A DNA stretch of 64,000 bases from positions 480,001 to 544,000 of the forward strand of contig CAWGJO010000020.1 in assembly GCA_963822945.1 (NCBI GenBank), read 5' to 3'. Position numbers and translations under genes: made by a program. Of the stretch, positions 9,329 through 18,997 are shown piece after piece. The first letter of the stretch is position 1; the number at the start of each line of letters is the position of its first letter. The stretch comes from an uncultured Gemmatimonadaceae bacterium. GTDB taxonomy: Bacteria > Gemmatimonadota > Gemmatimonadetes > Gemmatimonadales > Gemmatimonadaceae. The notes below the pieces were generated by a model that was given only the letters and a program-made list of their open reading frames with translations, was not told the DNA's origin and made no database searches.

Positions 9329-10516
9329 TCAGAACCTGATCACGCGCAGCCGCGGCGCCAGTACCACCACCGCCGGTTCCGCCGGCGGGGCAGGCGGAGC
9401 GACCCGCGCCAGCGTTGCCGCACGCACGACCACCGGCGCAACCGGCGCCGGCGGCGGAACCATGGCCGGCATCACGGGCGCGTCCGGGGGCGCCGGCGCC
9501 GCGGGCGGCTCCATCCGGATCACCGCGGGCGCCGACCCGTCGTCCATCCACCGCACGCGCGGCGACACCCGAATGTCCCGGAGCGAACGGCGCACCTGAT
9601 CCATGGCACGCTGCACGTCGTATTGCACTTCCGGCCCGATTGAGTTGAAGTCGAGCCCCGGCATCATCTGCCCCTCGTTGCCACGGAAGATGAAGGTGCT
9701 CGAGTTTCCACCCAGTTCCGACGCCTTCCCCGCCTTCAGATGGACGGTCTTGAAGCGGCCGTCGGCATAGACGTCGAGCGTCACGTCGTCGCCCGGCTTC
9801 ACCTTCCGCATCTCCCGCTGCAACCGCTGATACCGCGCGCTGGACACGTACCGGTCGCCGGCATCCTCGCGATCCACCTTGAGGTTCACGCCATTGATCG
9901 CGGCGATACGATTCCCCTCTTCGAGCCCCGCTTTCGCTGCCGGCCCGTCGTCGTTCACGCCGATGATGAGCACGCCCAGCGTGTCGCGCTTGCTCCCCGT
10001 GACGGCAAGCGACACGCCGAGCACCGCGTGGTTGTCGTCGCTCCGGCGCACGAATCCCATGGCACCGCCGTACAACTCGTCGGATTCCACCGTCTTCACG
10101 CGCACTGCCTTTACCTGCCCGTCGTGATACACCCTGAGCGACACCTCGTCGCCCGGCTTCAGCTTGCCGAGTTCGCGCGTCAGCCGGCGCGACATCGCGT
10201 CGGCCATCTCCTGATCGCCGATGTCGATGGCGGAGAGCTTGAGGTTGATGCCGTTGATCGACTGCAGGCGATCGCCTTCCTTGATTCCCGCCTTCTCCGC
10301 CGGACTGCCGGCGGCCACTTCGCTGATCCGAAGACCGAGCGTGTCCTGGGCGTCGCCGGTGGACATCGTCACGCCGATCACGGCGCGCGGCGACGATGCG
10401 GTGTTGAACGAGTATGCATAGGCGCGTGGCGCGGTGCGCACCGTGACCTGCGCGGCCGCGGGTACCGCCGCCATGGCGGCTGCCAGCGTTATGGGAATGA
10501 ACAGTGTCGTACGCAT
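9329..10516 (-). CDS. Secreted tandem-PDZ protein with a Pro/Ala-rich tail
   Basis: Signal peptide; two repeats of (I/L)GV...V..(GS/DG)PA.KAG..EG.R...ING; no protease domain recognised. Confidence 0.85.
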   Translation of the reverse strand: MRTTLFIPITLAAAMAAVPAAAQVTVRTAPRAYAYSFNTASSPRAVIGVTMSTGDAQDTLGLRISEVAAGSPAEKAGIKEGDRLQSINGINLKLSAIDIGDQEMADAMSRRLTRELGKLKPGDEVSLRVYHDGQVKAVRVKTVESDELYGGAMGFVRRSDDNHAVLGVSLAVTGSKRDTLGVLIIGVNDDGPAAKAGLEEGNRIAAINGVNLKVDREDAGDRYVSSARYQRLQREMRKVKPGDDVTLDVYADGRFKTVHLKAGKASELGGNSSTFIFRGNEGQMMPGLDFNSIGPEVQYDVQRAMDQVRRSLRDIRVSPRVRWMDDGSAPAVIRMEPPAAPAPPDAPVMPAMVPPPAPVAPVVVRAATLARVAPPAPPAEPAVVVLAPRLRVIRF

Positions 10517-10611
10517 GATTCCTCGACTTGCAGGGGGTGGTCGCCTGATGAGTCACGACGGCGCCGCTGGATGGTTTACTCACACCGCAGGAGACCCGCA
10601 GATCGGACCCT

Positions 10612-10650
10612 CCTACCGGCCTACCGACCTACCGACTCACCGACCTACCA
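10612..10650. repeat. Intergenic 8-mer tandem repeat (CCTACCGA, about 5 copies)
   Basis: CCTACCGG CCTACCGA CCTACCGA CTCACCGA CCTACCA. Confidence 0.85.
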
Positions 10651-10680
10651 TCGTTCTCTCATCAGACCATATTTCTCCCC

Positions 10681-11814
10681 ATGAACACCTCCCCCTCACA
10701 GGCCAACGTCGACCTCGACGCCTTTCACGAACACTGGCAGGACGAGGCCGACGCGGCGTTCCTCTACCGCGTGCTGGCCGGGTTCGAGCACGACGAGAAG
10801 AAGAAGCACATCTATCTGGAACTGGCAGAAGTCGAGGACCGGCACACGAAGATCTGGGCGGCGCTGCTCGCCGAGGGTGGCCGGCCAGTGGGCCCGTTCC
10901 GCCCCACGGCGCGTACGCGCCTGCTGGCCACGCTCGGCCGGTGGCTCGGCCCCGGATTCCTGCTTCCGATGCTGCTGGCGGAAGAGGGGCGCGAGGTCAA
11001 AGGCTATCTGAACATGCACCGCGGCACCGCGGTGGGCGCCCCGGGCAAGGACGAGTCGCTCACTCTGGCGCGCGAGTCCGCCGAGCACGCCAGCACGCTC
11101 GGCTCTCTGGCCGGCCGCGAGGGCGAGCCCTGGCACCGCGCCGAATCGGGCGGCTTCCTGCGCAACGTGGTCTACGGATTCAACGACGGGCTCACCGCCA
11201 ACTTCGGACTCGTGGCCGGCGTCATCGGCGCCTCGGCGCTGAACCAGGCGCACGCCGTGATCGTGGCCGGCGTGGCCGGGCTGATCGCCGACTCGCTCTC
11301 CATGGGATCGAGCGGCTACCTGGCGGCCAAGAGCGAACAGGAAGTCTACGCCCATGAGATCGCGATGGAGCGCGACGAGATCGCGCTCATGCCCGAGGTG
11401 GAACGCGACGAACTGGCGCTGATCTACCAGGCCAAGGGCATGGACGCCGACTCCGCCCACACGCTGGCCACCGAGGTCATGGCCGATCCGCAGCGCATGC
11501 TCGACGAGCAGGTGCAGGAAGAACTCGGAATCGGCGACCAGTCCATGTCCCCGCTGCGCGAGGGATGGGTCACGGGGACGGCCACGGCCATCGGCGCGTT
11601 CATTCCGGTGGCGCCCTTCCTCTTCTGGTCGGGCACCACCGCCATCGTCCTCTCCTTCTCCCTCTCCATGCTCTCCCACTGGCTGGTGGGCGCGGCGCGG
11701 TCGGTGTTCACCGGCCGCAGCGTCTTCCGGTCGGGACTCGACATGTTCGTGGTGGGGCTCGGTGTGGCCGCTGCGGGGTATCTGGTGGGAGATTGGATCG
11801 CCCGTCTCCTCTGA
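10681..11814 (+). CDS. VIT1/CCC1 iron/manganese transporter with an N-terminal ferritin/rubrerythrin-like domain
   Basis: N-terminal DE...LAEVEDRH and ESAEH ExxH motifs; LRNVVYGFNDGL, SMGSSGYLAAKSE. Confidence 0.9.
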   Translation: MNTSPSQANVDLDAFHEHWQDEADAAFLYRVLAGFEHDEKKKHIYLELAEVEDRHTKIWAALLAEGGRPVGPFRPTARTRLLATLGRWLGPGFLLPMLLAEEGREVKGYLNMHRGTAVGAPGKDESLTLARESAEHASTLGSLAGREGEPWHRAESGGFLRNVVYGFNDGLTANFGLVAGVIGASALNQAHAVIVAGVAGLIADSLSMGSSGYLAAKSEQEVYAHEIAMERDEIALMPEVERDELALIYQAKGMDADSAHTLATEVMADPQRMLDEQVQEELGIGDQSMSPLREGWVTGTATAIGAFIPVAPFLFWSGTTAIVLSFSLSMLSHWLVGAARSVFTGRSVFRSGLDMFVVGLGVAAAGYLVGDWIARLL

Positions 11815-11836
11815 CACCACACACTACATTGGACTC

Positions 11837-12349
11837 ATGACACGTCTCGGAACCATCGCCGCACTCCTCGCGCTCTCTGCCACCCCCGTGCTCGCCCAGG
11901 GCGGTCTCTCCGCCGGACACCTCGGCGCGGCGGTCGGCATCAGCTTTCCCACCGGGGCCCTGGCCCGCACGCACGCATCGGGGTTCAACCTGGGCGGCAT
12001 CGCGGAATACGAGGCGCCCGGCCAGGCGATGGGCATTCGCGGCGAGGTGTTTTACGAACGGTTCGGCGGCAAGACTACCGTCTCCGGAGCGCGGGCGGTG
12101 CAGACCACCGCCGGCATCATCGACGCGATCTACCACGTTCCCGGCTCGGCGTTGAACGCGTACTTTATCGGCGGCATGGGCGTCTACAACGTCACCGGCA
12201 ACGGCACCAACCCCGGGTTCAACGGCGGCATCGGGATCCGCATTCCACTCACCGGAATGACGGCGTACTTTGAAGCGCGGCTCCACAAGGTACTCACCAC
12301 CAACAGCTCCTACCTTTCCTTGCCCGTCACCTTCGGGCTGAGCTTCTAG
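11837..12349 (+). CDS. Outer-membrane beta-barrel protein (OmpA-like 8-strand)
   Basis: Signal peptide; amphipathic strands; ends PVTFGLSF with a terminal Phe. Confidence 0.8.
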   Translation: MTRLGTIAALLALSATPVLAQGGLSAGHLGAAVGISFPTGALARTHASGFNLGGIAEYEAPGQAMGIRGEVFYERFGGKTTVSGARAVQTTAGIIDAIYHVPGSALNAYFIGGMGVYNVTGNGTNPGFNGGIGIRIPLTGMTAYFEARLHKVLTTNSSYLSLPVTFGLSF

Positions 12350-12359
12350 TCCACGACCA

Positions 12360-13100
12360 ATGGCCTCCAGCCAATCCGGCACCCCCGCCCCGACACTGAC
12401 CAAGCACGGCATCCACGTCTGGCACGCCACGCTCGCCGCCACACCGGAGAATCTGGCCGACGCGGAGAAGTTGCTGCCCGAGACGGAGCGCGAGAAGACG
12501 GCGCTCGTCACGAGCCAGGCGCAGCGGGCGCGCCTCACACTGTCGCGCGCCTGGGTGCGCGGCATCCTCTCCAGGTACCTGAGCCTGCCGGCGCCCGATA
12601 TCACGATCCGCCGCTCGCCCAAGGGAAAGCCGCAGGTGGTGGCCGACGGCGAGACGGAAGCCCCGATCCAGTTCAGCGTCTCGCACTCCGCCGATCACAT
12701 GCTCGTCGCCGTGACCCGATCCGACGACGTGGGGGTGGACCTCGAGCGGATGACGCGGCTGGCCGACGTGGAGCGCATCGCCGCCCGCTTCTTCGCACGC
12801 GGCGAGCACGATGCGCTGCTCGCCCTGCCGGCGGCGGAGCGCGCCGACGCCTTCTTCCGCGCCTGGGTGCGCAAGGAGTCGGTGGTCAAGGCGCTCGGCA
12901 CCGGCATCGCCACGGCGTTCGACGCCTTCAGCGTGCCGCTGGGCAAGGATGTGCAGCACGAGGTGGACGTCACCGGCATTACCGGCGTCGACCGGCAGCG
13001 CCTGTGGGTTCGGCTCCTCGACATCGGCCGCGTGGACTACCTGGCCGCCGTGGCGTACGCGCACCCCGACTCGAAGGTCGAGTACGCGGAGTGGGAATGA
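12360..13100 (+). CDS. Sfp-type 4'-phosphopantetheinyl transferase
   Basis: GKP, FSVSHS, VGVDLE, FFRAWVRKESVVKALGTG. Confidence 0.92.
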   Translation: MASSQSGTPAPTLTKHGIHVWHATLAATPENLADAEKLLPETEREKTALVTSQAQRARLTLSRAWVRGILSRYLSLPAPDITIRRSPKGKPQVVADGETEAPIQFSVSHSADHMLVAVTRSDDVGVDLERMTRLADVERIAARFFARGEHDALLALPAAERADAFFRAWVRKESVVKALGTGIATAFDAFSVPLGKDVQHEVDVTGITGVDRQRLWVRLLDIGRVDYLAAVAYAHPDSKVEYAEWE

Positions 13101-13101
13101 C

Positions 13102-13172
13102 CGGTAGGCAGTGAGCAGTCGGCAGCACGCCGCTCACCGGCGGCTGCCAACCAACGACCGACGACTCACCGC
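13102..13172. repeat. Degenerate heptamer repeats in inverted arrangement between convergent genes
   Basis: GGTAGGC AGTGAGC AGTCGGC AGC ... GCTGCCAAC CAACGAC CGACGAC TCACCGC. Confidence 0.5.
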
Positions 13173-13192
13173 GCCCGACGGGCCACCGACCG

Positions 13193-15700
13193 TCACACGA
13201 CCAGATTGAGCAGCCTGTTCTTCACGTAGATCACCTTCTTCGGCGATCCCGTGACGAACTTCGCGATCGTCGGCTCCGCCATCGCAGCCTCGAGCACCGC
13301 GGGTTGCTCGGCGTCCTTGGGCACCTGCACGGTGCCGCGCGTGCGGCCGTTCACCTGCACCGCCACCGTCACCGACTCCTCGGCGGCCATCGCAGCGTCG
13401 AATGCCGGCCAACCGTCGTCGAAGATGCTGTGCTCGTGGCCGAGCGTTTCCCAGAGTTCCTCGGCGGCGTGCGGCGCGAAGGGCGCCACCAGTTGCACCA
13501 GCGGTTCTACTTCATCCACGTGGGGCTTCCGCTCGTGCGCCCGGAGCACGTTCACGTACTCCATCATCGCCGCGATCGCCGTGTTGTAACTGAGCGACGG
13601 CACGTCGTCGGTCACCTTGCGAATCGTCTGGTGCAGCTTGCGCATCACCGCCGTCTCGGGTTCGCCGTCGCGCGTCGCCTCGTGCGCCGAGGCCCACACC
13701 CGGTCGAGGAAGCGCCGGACGCCCGAGATGCTCTGATCGCGGAAGTCCCCGCCCTCCTCGTACGGACCCAGGAACATCAGGTACGTGCGGAACGCGTCGG
13801 CGCCCCACTTCTCGACGTACTCGTCGGGGTTCACCACGTTGCCGCGGCTCTTCGACATCTTGGCGCCTTCGCGGATGATGGTGCCGTGCGCGCGGAAGCG
13901 CGTGAACGGCTCCTCGAAGCCGAGCAGCCCGGCGTCATGCAGCACCATCGTGATGAACCGCGAGTACAGCAGGTGCAGCACGGCGTGCTCGTTGCCGCCG
14001 ATGTACGAATTCACCGGCAGCCAGCGCTTCGTGATGGCCGGGTCGAACGCCACGTCGTCGCGGTCGGCGCTGGGGTACCGCAGGAAGTACCACGAGCTGT
14101 CGAGGAAGGTATCCGACACGTCGGTTTCGCGGCGCGCCGGCTTGCCGCACTTCGGGCACGGCACGCGGTACCAGGCCTCGTCGCGCGCCAGCGGCGAGAT
14201 CCCCGAGTCGTCGGGCTTGAAATCCTCCAGCGGCGGCAGCACCACGGGCAGGTCCTGCTCGGGCACCGGCACCGGTCCGCAGGCGTCGCAGTAGACGATC
14301 GGGATCGGCGGCCCCCAGTAGCGCTGCCGCGAGATGCACCAGTCGTGCAGCCGGTAGTTGACCACCGGCTTCGCCGAGCCGCGCTCGGCCAGCCACGTCA
14401 CGATGGCGTGCTTGGCCTCGGGCACGGTGAGTCCGTTGAACTGTCCGGAATTCACCATCACCCCGTTCACGTTGTCGGTGAACGCGGCGTCCGTGGGCGG
14501 CGCGGTGTCGTGGACGTCCGTCCCCACCACACGCGGCGTCGGCAGCCCGAACTTGCGCGCGAACTCGAAGTCACGCTCGTCGTGTCCCGGCACGGCCATG
14601 ATCGCGCCCGTGCCGTATTCCATGAGCACGTAATCGGCGATCCAGATCTGCATCGGCGCGCCGGTGGCCGGATTCACCGCGTAGGCGCCGGTGAACACAC
14701 CGGTCTTCTCCTTGTTCACCTTGCGGGTCACGATGTCCTGCTTTGCCGCCGCGGCGCGGTACTCCTCCACGGCGGTGCGCTGCTCGTCGGTGGTGAGCTG
14801 GTCCACCAGCGGGTGTTCCGGCGCCACGACCAGGAACGTCGCGCCGAAGATCGTGTCGGCACGCGTCGTGAACACCGTGATGTCCACCGGCTCGGCCGTC
14901 ACCTCACCGCTGATGCCGCCGCCGCTCGCCGTCGCACTGCCCGCGAATTCCATCAGGTCCTGCACACGGAACGACAGCTCGGCGCCCTCCGACTTGCCGA
15001 TCCAGTTCCGCTGCGCCGTCTTCGTGCTCTCCGACCAGTCGAGCGTGTCGAGGTTGTCGAGCAGGCGCCCCGCGTAGTCGGTGATGCGGAAGAACCACTG
15101 CTCCAGGAACCGCTGCTCCACCTGGTTGCCGCAGCGTTCGCAGGCTCCGTTGATCACCTGCTCGTTGGCCAGCACCGTCTTGTCGAACGGACACCAGTTC
15201 ACGGCGCCCTTCTTCTTGTACGCGAGCCCGCGGTGGTAGAGCTGCAGGAAGAGCCACTGCGTCCACTTGTAGTACGACGGGTCGGTGGTGGAGAGTTCGT
15301 AGCGCCAGTCCACCATCAGGCCGGAGCGCCGGAGCTGCCGGCGGAAGTTGGCGATGTTCCGCGGAATCAGCTCGGTGGGATGCACGCCCACCTTGAGCGC
15401 GTAGTTCTCCGAGTGGATCCCGAACGCATCGTACCCCAGCGGTTCGAACACCGTATGGCCGCGCATGCGCTGGTAGCGGCCGTGGATGTCGTTGCCGGTG
15501 AACGCGAACAGGTTCCCCACGTGCAGCCCTTCGGCCGACGGATAGGGGAACATCATGAGCGTGTAGTACGGACGCGGCCCCGAGAGATCGGTGTGATTGG
15601 TGCCGCGCTCGTCCCAGCGCGCCTGCCACTTCCGTTCAACGACGGAAGGGTCGTACGCGGCCGGGAGTTCGGCCGTGGGCGGAGTATTCGTGTCTGTCAT
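13193..15700 (-). CDS. leuS: Leucine--tRNA ligase
   Basis: MFPYPSAEGLHVGN (HIGH-like), KMSKS, GTGAIMAVPGHDERD editing domain. Confidence 0.98.
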   Translation of the reverse strand: MTDTNTPPTAELPAAYDPSVVERKWQARWDERGTNHTDLSGPRPYYTLMMFPYPSAEGLHVGNLFAFTGNDIHGRYQRMRGHTVFEPLGYDAFGIHSENYALKVGVHPTELIPRNIANFRRQLRRSGLMVDWRYELSTTDPSYYKWTQWLFLQLYHRGLAYKKKGAVNWCPFDKTVLANEQVINGACERCGNQVEQRFLEQWFFRITDYAGRLLDNLDTLDWSESTKTAQRNWIGKSEGAELSFRVQDLMEFAGSATASGGGISGEVTAEPVDITVFTTRADTIFGATFLVVAPEHPLVDQLTTDEQRTAVEEYRAAAAKQDIVTRKVNKEKTGVFTGAYAVNPATGAPMQIWIADYVLMEYGTGAIMAVPGHDERDFEFARKFGLPTPRVVGTDVHDTAPPTDAAFTDNVNGVMVNSGQFNGLTVPEAKHAIVTWLAERGSAKPVVNYRLHDWCISRQRYWGPPIPIVYCDACGPVPVPEQDLPVVLPPLEDFKPDDSGISPLARDEAWYRVPCPKCGKPARRETDVSDTFLDSSWYFLRYPSADRDDVAFDPAITKRWLPVNSYIGGNEHAVLHLLYSRFITMVLHDAGLLGFEEPFTRFRAHGTIIREGAKMSKSRGNVVNPDEYVEKWGADAFRTYLMFLGPYEEGGDFRDQSISGVRRFLDRVWASAHEATRDGEPETAVMRKLHQTIRKVTDDVPSLSYNTAIAAMMEYVNVLRAHERKPHVDEVEPLVQLVAPFAPHAAEELWETLGHEHSIFDDGWPAFDAAMAAEESVTVAVQVNGRTRGTVQVPKDAEQPAVLEAAMAEPTIAKFVTGSPKKVIYVKNRLLNLVV

Positions 15701-15864
15701 GCGATCGGGGTGGCGCGTCCCGGACCGGCGGAAACTGGTCCCGCCCGGCGCCTGAAGGCGATTGCCTGGTGTTTCCGGAATTTACTTGGCCCCAGAGGGC
15801 AAACAAGCCAGATTCCGGGGCGGTGCCCGGCGCGGGGTACCGTCCGCTCATCCTGCCCGCTCCG

Positions 15865-17601
15865 ATGCCTCCCTCCGTTCCGCCCTCTCCTTCGCCGCCA
15901 GCCCCTGCACCGCGATCGCCAGCGTCGGGCCCCACGCTCGGCATGCGTCTGGTGCCCTTGTCCGCGGTGGTGGCCGTGCTCATCCTCGTCCCCCTGAGCA
16001 TGGTGGGCAACCACCAGCTCACGCGGTCGTTTCGCGCCCAGGCCGACGCCCGGCTGGAAACCGTGGCCAGGCAGTACGCCGCACTCGCCAGGATGGCCCT
16101 TGCCGCGCGTCCGGATGCCGCGGCGATCGTCACTCCGGACTCGACGCTGCGCGCCACCCTCACCACCCTGTTCGCCACCAACGCGGGGTCCGGCCCCGCC
16201 ATCGATCTGATCGATTCGTCGGGACATCCGTTGATCAACGCCTCCGGATCGGCCGCCGACCAACTTTCGTCGCTCGCCGCAGCCGTTCGGACGGGCACCG
16301 ACTCGGTGTTCAGCTTCGCCACCCCGGACGGCCCCGAGCGCGGGGCGCGGGCTTCCATCAACCGCGGCCGCTGGGTGGTGCTGGCGCACGAATCCACGCA
16401 GGCCGCCGACGCCGGCCTGCGCCAGGTGCGCGCCGCGTTCGTCGTCCTCGCCGCCTTCCTGTTCCTGGTCATGGTGGCCGTCGGTTACGCCGTGGACCGG
16501 CTGGTGAATCAGCGTATCCGCCGCCCCGCCATGCAGCTCGCGGCCCTCGCCGAATCGATCGCCGACGGGAATCTCACCGTGGAGATCGGCAAGGTGGATT
16601 CCACCGATGAGATCGAACGCCTGGCTCGCGCGCTCTCCACCATGGTGAACGATCTTCGTCGCCTGGCCCGCGCGCTCACGCGTTCAGCCGACGACACCTC
16701 GACCATGTCCACCCAGATCACGGCGAGTTCCGAGCAGATGTCGAGCTCGGCGGCGCAGATCGCGCAGACGGCGAGCGATCTCAGCGCCGAGTCGGGGACG
16801 ATGGCGGTGTCCATTCAGGAACTGTCGGCGTCGGCCACGCAGCTCGCGCCCCTGGCCGAACGCATGAGCGCCGGCGCTCAGGACGGCGTGGCGCGCAACG
16901 CCCGCCTGCGTGACCTCGCTCGCGAGAATCGTCGCCTGATGGACGACAGCACGGCGGCCCTGGCGACCCTGGCGGCCGACGTGGAAGCGGGCGCTGCCTC
17001 GGTGCGTCAGCTCGTCGACGCCTCGCAGGAGATCCGAACCTTCGTCAATCTCGTGCAGTCGCTCGCCCGCAACTCCAAGCTGCTCGCCCTCAACGCGGCC
17101 ATGGAAGCCGCCCGGGCCGGCGATCAGGGCGAGGGCTTTTCCGTGGTCGCCGCCGAGGTGCGGCGGCTCTCCGCCATGTCGTCCCAGGCCGCCGAGCGGA
17201 CGCAGCAGGTCGTGGCCGGCGTGCTGGCCGGCGTCGAAGCGTCGAGCCAGAACACGGAGCAGATGGCCGCCACCGCCCGCGCCGTACAGCGCGCCACCGA
17301 ACAGGGCTCGGCGTCCTTCGTGCAGCTCGAGGCCAGCGTCGCCGAACTCGAGACCTGGACCACCTCCATCGAGCGGACCGCCACCGGCGCCAATGCGCTC
17401 GTGGGCGACATGACCGGACGGCTGGCCGCAGTCGCTCGCAGCACGGAGACCTTCGCGGCCGCGATGCAGCAGGTGGCGGCGGCCAGTGAACAGCAGAGCG
17501 CCAGCACCCAGGAGATCGCCGCCGCCGCGCAGACCATGGCCCACGCCGCCGAGCGCGTGTCGTCGCTCGTGGCCAACCTCCGGGTGGGCGAGGCGCGCTG
17601 A
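15865..17601 (+). CDS. Methyl-accepting chemotaxis protein (2 TM, HAMP, MA domain)
   Basis: LLALNAAMEAARAGDQGEGFSVVAAEVRRL hairpin tip; HAMP DEIERLARAL; start uncertain (15769, 15865 or 15943). Confidence 0.92.
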   Translation: MPPSVPPSPSPPAPAPRSPASGPTLGMRLVPLSAVVAVLILVPLSMVGNHQLTRSFRAQADARLETVARQYAALARMALAARPDAAAIVTPDSTLRATLTTLFATNAGSGPAIDLIDSSGHPLINASGSAADQLSSLAAAVRTGTDSVFSFATPDGPERGARASINRGRWVVLAHESTQAADAGLRQVRAAFVVLAAFLFLVMVAVGYAVDRLVNQRIRRPAMQLAALAESIADGNLTVEIGKVDSTDEIERLARALSTMVNDLRRLARALTRSADDTSTMSTQITASSEQMSSSAAQIAQTASDLSAESGTMAVSIQELSASATQLAPLAERMSAGAQDGVARNARLRDLARENRRLMDDSTAALATLAADVEAGAASVRQLVDASQEIRTFVNLVQSLARNSKLLALNAAMEAARAGDQGEGFSVVAAEVRRLSAMSSQAAERTQQVVAGVLAGVEASSQNTEQMAATARAVQRATEQGSASFVQLEASVAELETWTTSIERTATGANALVGDMTGRLAAVARSTETFAAAMQQVAAASEQQSASTQEIAAAAQTMAHAAERVSSLVANLRVGEAR

Positions 17602-17604
17602 GGT

Positions 17605-18690
17605 TCAGCGCATGGAGCGAATCACGGCCGCCATCACGTCGAGCAACACCTCGAGTCCGGCCACCGTGTGATCTCCCATGTGTCCGATGCGTACCGCGGA
17701 CCGCCGGAGCTCGCCATGCCCCGCCCCGATCACGAAGCCGCGTTCGTTCAGCATGCGGACCACCCGCTCCGGCTGGTCGCACAGGATGCAGGTGACGGTC
17801 GGCGATCGTTCTCCCTCGGCGGCCAGAATCTCGAGCGAATGCTCGCCGTTGCCTTCCACCTGGACCCAGTCCCAGCAGGTGCGCGCCATCTGCGCGTGGC
17901 GGGCGAAGCGCACCGGCAGCCCCTCGAACTCGATGTCGGACAGCTGCTGATCGAGGGCGAACAACAGCGAGATGGCGGGCGTGGTCGGACTCTGCGACTT
18001 GTGCCAGAACTCGTCGTACCGCACCAGATCCAGAGCAAAGCCACAGTCGAACAGCGTGCGCGCCCGATTGAGCAGCCGCTCCGAAGCGGCCACGAACGCC
18101 AGCCCCGGCGGCAGCGCCAGCGCCTTCTGTGAGCCGGTGAAGACGAGATCGGCGCCCCAGGCATCCATCTCGATCGGCATCGCCCCGACGCTCGTGACGG
18201 CGTCCACGAGCAGCATCGCGTTCGACGACTCGCGCACCACCCGGGCAATGCTCGCCACGTCGCTCAGCGCGCCGGTCGACGTCTCGGAATGGACGACGGT
18301 GACCGTGTCGTAGTTCCCGGCCTCGAGCGCCAGGCGCACCTGCTCCGGCGACACCACCTGGCCGGGTTCGGCGATCACCCGCGTCACCTCGCGGCCGGTG
18401 AGCTCGGCGATTTCGGCGAACCGCTCGCCGAATGCCCCGCACACCAGCGCGAGCACGCGTTCGATGCTCCCGCATCGCACGGCCATCTCCATCGCCGACG
18501 TCGAGGAACCGGTGAGCACGTACACCGGGCGCGTGGTGCCGAACATCGGCTGCAGCCGGGCATGGACCGTCTGCATGAGCAGTTCCATGGCGGCGCTGCG
18601 GTGCGGAATCATGGGATGCCGCATCGCATCGAGTACTTCGGGCCGCACTTCGGTGGGCCCCGGAAGGAAGAATCGTTCGTCGGACATCAT
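17605..18690 (-). CDS. Class V PLP aminotransferase (serine-pyruvate/alanine-glyoxylate type)
   Basis: FLPGPTEV, HRS, HSETSTG, VDAVTS, GSQKALALPPG, RIGHMG. Confidence 0.92.
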   Translation of the reverse strand: MMSDERFFLPGPTEVRPEVLDAMRHPMIPHRSAAMELLMQTVHARLQPMFGTTRPVYVLTGSSTSAMEMAVRCGSIERVLALVCGAFGERFAEIAELTGREVTRVIAEPGQVVSPEQVRLALEAGNYDTVTVVHSETSTGALSDVASIARVVRESSNAMLLVDAVTSVGAMPIEMDAWGADLVFTGSQKALALPPGLAFVAASERLLNRARTLFDCGFALDLVRYDEFWHKSQSPTTPAISLLFALDQQLSDIEFEGLPVRFARHAQMARTCWDWVQVEGNGEHSLEILAAEGERSPTVTCILCDQPERVVRMLNERGFVIGAGHGELRRSAVRIGHMGDHTVAGLEVLLDVMAAVIRSMR

Positions 18691-18997
18691 CGCACCGACG
18701 CGGGGTTGAAGGGACGTTCGCAGGCGGCACGGAGCGCGCGCACGGTCGCGGGCACGCCCATCGCGATCGGCGCCGCCCACACCATCAGTCGCTCGTTACC
18801 GGGAGGGCTGTAAATGTAGTGCCGTTCGCCGGGTTCGCGCACGGGCGAGATGCGCGCGCACGTTCGCATCGAGCGCGCGGCACCACCGGATCCACCGCCG
18901 GTTGTGGCCCCGCCGCCACAACCGATGCCTCGACCGCTCGCCTGCGTCGTCCCCGGCGCTGATGCACGTCGACCGAATCCCGACGCGCCGGGTCGGC

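Noticed and set aside
12360..13100. Secondary-metabolite cluster implied by the Sfp-type PPTase
   Set aside because: No NRPS, PKS or carrier-protein genes in the window.
13304..15997. 897-aa plus-strand ORF, and similar long ORFs at 45231-47573, 49793-52108, 29987-31966 and 3078-4688
   Set aside because: Antisense shadows of leuS, gyrA, lpdA, coxA and the amidohydrolase, caused by high-GC codon bias; no recognisable motifs.
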